The notes beneath the pieces are model-generated. The model searched no databases and was not told the DNA's origin. It saw only the letters and a program-made list of their open reading frames with translations. From Pavona decussata (taxonomy: Eukaryota): DNA of 64,000 nt. Location: positions 1 through 64,000 of the forward strand of contig CDRNST010000115.1 in the NCBI GenBank assembly GCA_977016875.1, in the 5' to 3' direction. This document shows positions 61,901-64,000 of the stretch, piece by piece (position 1 is the first letter of the stretch; the number at the start of each line of letters is the position of its first letter). Made by a program: the position numbers and the translations under genes.

Positions 61901-62462
61901 GACACAAGTAATGACAAATCTGAATAAATCGGGCCATTGACATGATTAGAGTTATTTGATTTTTTTTTTTTTTCGCAAATCCGCTTTCCCCCTTCCTGTC
62001 AATGAAGTCGTTCAATGTTTACGTCTAAAGAAAGTATGGGAGGTTTAAGGTACGACACTGTAGCTCTCCGGCCTCTCAGAATTACTACGTTTATCGAGTT
62101 TTTCTCATAAAAACAAATCATGTCTGTGCCAAACCATTCCAAAATACTTCTTAAAGATCGGTGGATGCGTAGTTGATATGAATGAAGTAAACACGCGGCA
62201 TCCAAGTTATATCTATGCCTATCTCCAGATATACATCAAATGTATGACTAAAGGTTATCTGTATCATTGTTACCGAATACTAACAAACGTTATAAGTTAT
62301 CTGAACCAATGTACAGAGTTCTTATTAAAGCATTAATTAACATAAGAAGAATAGTGTTAAACTTATAGCTGGACGTACCACTTGTGCACCGATAATAACG
62401 ACCATTATCTGTTATGACACACGTCTGACCTTGAGGACAGTTGGTTCCACATGTGTTGTTAC
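43622..62462 (-). CDS. Multi-exon gene: adhesion-ectodomain (EGF-like, mucin, TSP1, SEA, 3xFN3) iGluR/GluR0-like channel with K+ filter TTVGYGD; >=16 exons, >=~1230 aa, start exon not identified
   Basis: All exons bounded by AG/GT with compatible phases and no stops; exons listed separately. Confidence 0.85.
44121..44271. mobile_element. PIF/Harbinger-type MITE
   Basis: TIR AGGCTAATTTAGCAACAGAACGGGAACGT / ACGTTCCCGTTCTGTTACTAAATCAGCCT; AAT on both flanks. Confidence 0.75.
44992..45127. other. Assembly gap (136 N)
   Basis: Run of N. Confidence 1.
45134..45245. repeat. Compound microsatellite (AGTC)n(GAGT)n(AGTT)n
   Basis: Directly visible, abutting the splice donor and the gap. Confidence 0.95.
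45247..45421 (-). CDS. Exon: M4-like transmembrane helix
   Basis: APAAD..MFVISIASLFGLLGMAITTGLSYHFFVYIRRR; ccacag| ... |gtaact. Confidence 0.85.
46563..46706. repeat. Palindromic non-autonomous element
   Basis: ATATCAAACACGAGAAGGTGTGTTTCGTCAGATATCCAAACA pairs with TGTTTGGATATCTGATGAAACACACTTTCGAGCGTTTGATAT. Confidence 0.7.
47053..47324 (-). CDS. Exon: S2 lobe of ligand-binding-like domain
   Basis: EIQGALVDTYVA...PFGYGVVL; tacag| ... |gttaag. Confidence 0.85.
48034..48100 (-). CDS. Exon: start of S2
   Basis: VGAIQNSTEYRLGILKNARVNT; cttag| ... |gtgagc. Confidence 0.8.
48283..48519 (+). mobile_element. tRNA-derived SINE, internally deleted
   Basis: A box TGGCCTAGTG, B box GGTTCAAGTTC, (TTATT)n tail. 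Confidence 0.7.
48974..49130 (-). CDS. Exon: YGD + inner (M3-like) helix
   Basis: YGDRAPKSLTARIFGIMWTLAGIVIISILIGNIATTLT; ggcag| ... |gtaagt. Confidence 0.9.
49567..49709. repeat. Fold-back (inverted tRNA-like repeat halves)
   Basis: CTCGGAAAAAATCCGAGCCCCAGATGGGATT pairs with AATCCCATCTGGAGCTCGGATTTTTTCCGAG. Confidence 0.75.
50067..50161 (-). CDS. Exon: pore helix and filter start
   Basis: DSRYNPGEFPPSFVKGVGEGFWWSFISMTTVG; aacag| ... |gtgaga. Confidence 0.9.
50655..51124 (-). CDS. Exon: S1-like lobe + M1 helix
   Basis: TCRCP..SPYL..EGIF..ACGIC..ESPGVAF..ILPFLVLSTCTAFISGFIIWLL; ttaag| ... |gtgagt. Confidence 0.88.
51488..51790 (-). CDS. Exon: FN3 domain 3
   Basis: PTRPPQNV..IYWSPV..GLLTGYSVKY..YRIKVAAST.KGVGPYS; phase 1-1. 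Confidence 0.9.
52687..52986 (-). CDS. Exon: FN3 domain 2
   Basis: PSEPP..SISVSWKP..GTLLGYEV..L..FTRYKVAVCAKTSKGCG; phase 1-1. Confidence 0.9.
53506..53805 (-). CDS. Exon: FN3 domain 1
   Basis: PKEPP..SITLKW..GYAIVY..LDKFTNYVLRVFAFTSLGNG..KTQED; phase 1-1. Confidence 0.9.
54118..55119 (+). mobile_element. PIF/Harbinger transposase remnant (intronic)
   Basis: LENCFGF/IDGTVHPISRP..QRTVYDGH.RVH.LKF, YGDPAYPL, LLRNALTCLY..YFGLEPP; AGGGACTTTAAG end. Confidence 0.8.
54590..54885 (-). mobile_element. L2 LINE 3' end nested in the Harbinger remnant
   Basis: YHLRS..LL..P..RSS..AALTLWNALP..IR and short (TTA)n tail. Confidence 0.7.
56883..57022 (-). CDS. Exon: SEA domain C-part (RKGSVIA)
   Basis: Phase 2-1; GSV motif. 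Confidence 0.8.
58524..58585 (-). CDS. Exon: SEA domain middle
   Basis: IINLYKMKGESIINVEVLELR; tttag| ... |gtagat; phase 0-2. Confidence 0.75.
59088..59197 (-). CDS. Exon: SEA domain N-part
   Basis: FKIRFRTKAWSDDLGDPTSDDYRTFVNEI; phase 1-0. Confidence 0.82.
59574..59744 (-). CDS. Exon: thrombospondin type-1 repeat
   Basis: VDGNWGNWTSWPNCNKPCNTGTRTRTRLCNNPSP..GGKTCDG..ESCN..CP; phase 1-1. Confidence 0.93.
60093..61051 (+). mobile_element. piggyBac-like non-autonomous remnant
   Basis: TTAA|CCCTTTGACCCCTGAA ... TTCAGGGGTCAAA; decayed acidic ORF start inside. Confidence 0.6.
61284..61919 (-). CDS. Exon: Ser/Gln/Pro-rich mucin-like stalk
   Basis: Open 241-aa frame, ttcag| acceptor; donor at 61283 or 61289 (both phase 1). 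Confidence 0.7.
62379..62462 (-). CDS. Exon: small Cys-rich EGF-like module
   Basis: NNTCGTNCPQGQTCVITDNGRYYRCTS; ttgcag| ... |gtacgt; phase 1-1. Confidence 0.7.
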
Positions 62463-63597
62463 CTGCAATGATAGTTTATTAAGTTAATTTGAAACAGTTT
62501 ATAATCAACAGTGGTTCTGACTTTTGATTAAGTAAATAGAAAACCTAAGTGAAAGGTAAAGTGAAAGCTTTTGAACAGCATGCGGGAGTGGAAGAGAAAG
62601 CCAGGCGGCATATTCCTCTGAAGGTATCTTTTCACCAAGGTTGCCTAGCACTGCTATGTCAGTCAATTCGTTGCAAAAAAAGTCGTCAGGGTATTAGTAA
62701 CGTCTCACGCTGTTGCTTTGCCTCGCAACGGATAGAAAATGTACTCTTCCCTGCAAGAATTAATGTATTAGTTCAACAAATGAAAGAAAAATGGGAAATA
62801 CAATATCAATCCCTGATTATGTATTCTTGGACCGTTTCTTTCATTTGGGCTGCGACTAGTAACCAGTTCTTTATCGTGAGCCGTTTGAGTTTACGCCTGT
62901 TTATTACGATTACACTGTATCACCGATTGCTCGGCTCTTTTACTTCAGTGGTTGTAGTTTATAAATCGTCCCAGTCTTTTTTCTTTTCTAAGATAACGCT
63001 CTTTTCACGGTGTTAATGTAATAAATTCATTTTGTAATTATTGAGGTTATTAATATATGCGTACAAATAAGAGAGTTGTTTGTCCATGTTCTTTTGGGGA
63101 ACAATGAAAGTTCCTTGTTTGGAAAGTTACGCCTGCTAGACAGCACTTGTAAAGACTGTTTTTATGTAACAACCAATAACTGAGTTTACGTGTGGACGCA
63201 CATTTTATGTATTTTATTGATTATTAGATTATTTTATTAACGATTAGATAAGTAATTGTAGTTAGGTGTCCCCAATCAGTGTACATTGTATGCTAGCGAC
63301 TTCGACACTATAATAAAGTTCTTATTATGGCCGTAAAAACTTCTGGATGCCCAGATATCCTAAACAATGATTGGGCGGCCAGCCGTAGCCAATCAATGCA
63401 ACGACCAAAGTCCTTACGATTAAAATCCCAACTCCTAATCATAAATATCCCAGTAATTAAATTCTAAAACTATTTACTATCCATAAAATCCTCAATCTAA
63501 ATACTAAAACTTCTGTTCCTCACGATGGAAACACTTAAAAAAAAAGTTTAATAAAACGCCTAATGTCCATTATTTCAAAAGGTTAAAGCGCCTCGCA

Positions 63598-63632
<35 letters not shown>

Positions 63633-64000
63633 GTGCAGTTAAAAAACGTATGTATGCTAAAATAGAACCACATAGGGCGCGCAGCGTAACCTATGCGATG
63701 TTAAGGAACTATAAAAAGAAAACTGCTGAGTTAAAAATTTAAAAAAAAATAGCGATAAAATATGAAAATCTCATAAAATATAAAAGTTCTCCGACACAAA
63801 AAACGATATGGAGCTTCTACGCTATTCCTTAAAGGAAAGTCAATTGACGGTAGCTTTGAATGTTCTAACTATGTTGAGAGAACTCGAAATGGTAGCCTTC
63901 TGCATCCTTCTCAATATGTCATAACCCCTGCTGCCAAAGAGCTTCCTCATTGTCAGGTCTACATCCCTTGACCATCCCCCAAGCACGTCAATGATGATGT
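63598..64000 (-). mobile_element. R4/Dong-like RLE non-LTR retrotransposon 3' end with (TAA)n tail
   Basis: IIIDVLGGWS...RMQKATISSSLNIVRTFK..* (stop 63840-63842), 3' UTR, then ~11 TAA repeats. Confidence 0.7.

Noticed and set aside
62546-62612. Start exon MPPGFLFHSRMLFKSFHFTFHL for the channel gene
   Set aside because: Phase fits but the donor (GTTTTC) is weak and it is a poor signal peptide; true start left undetermined
62549-63016. 155-aa plus-strand ORF
   Set aside because: GTG start, no motifs, composition of non-coding DNA

Overview
Eukaryotic, intron-containing, AT-rich DNA, most likely a stony coral or other anthozoan (inferred from repeat families and gene style). The left two-thirds (1 to ~42.8 kb) is a nested transposon pile. 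It opens with a head-to-tail tandem of an integrase-deleted BEL/Pao LTR retrotransposon (4860-bp unit, shared 202-bp LTR), then a decayed Tx1/L1 LINE and CMC and Harbinger remnants. Two abutting AcademH-type (RecQ helicase + DUF6589-like transposase) elements follow, the first filled with nested Gypsy, Penelope, Kolobok, Academ, L2 and MITE insertions, then Crypton, Penelope and SINE remnants. A compact single-exon orphan gene (40336-41130, +) sits behind a 3-copy ~325-bp tandem repeat. The right third holds a minus-strand gene of at least 16 exons (43622-62462, >=~1230 aa) that I spliced by hand. It encodes a Cys-rich EGF-like module, S/Q/P mucin stalk, TSP1, SEA, 3xFN3, then an iGluR-like S1-M1-P-M3-S2-M4 channel core whose pore loop carries a complete K+ filter signature (TTVGYGD), and a basic coiled-coil tail ending in -DSRL. 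This adhesion-ectodomain, GluR0-like K+ channel is the most striking system in the window. All family assignments are by motif recognition, not database search.
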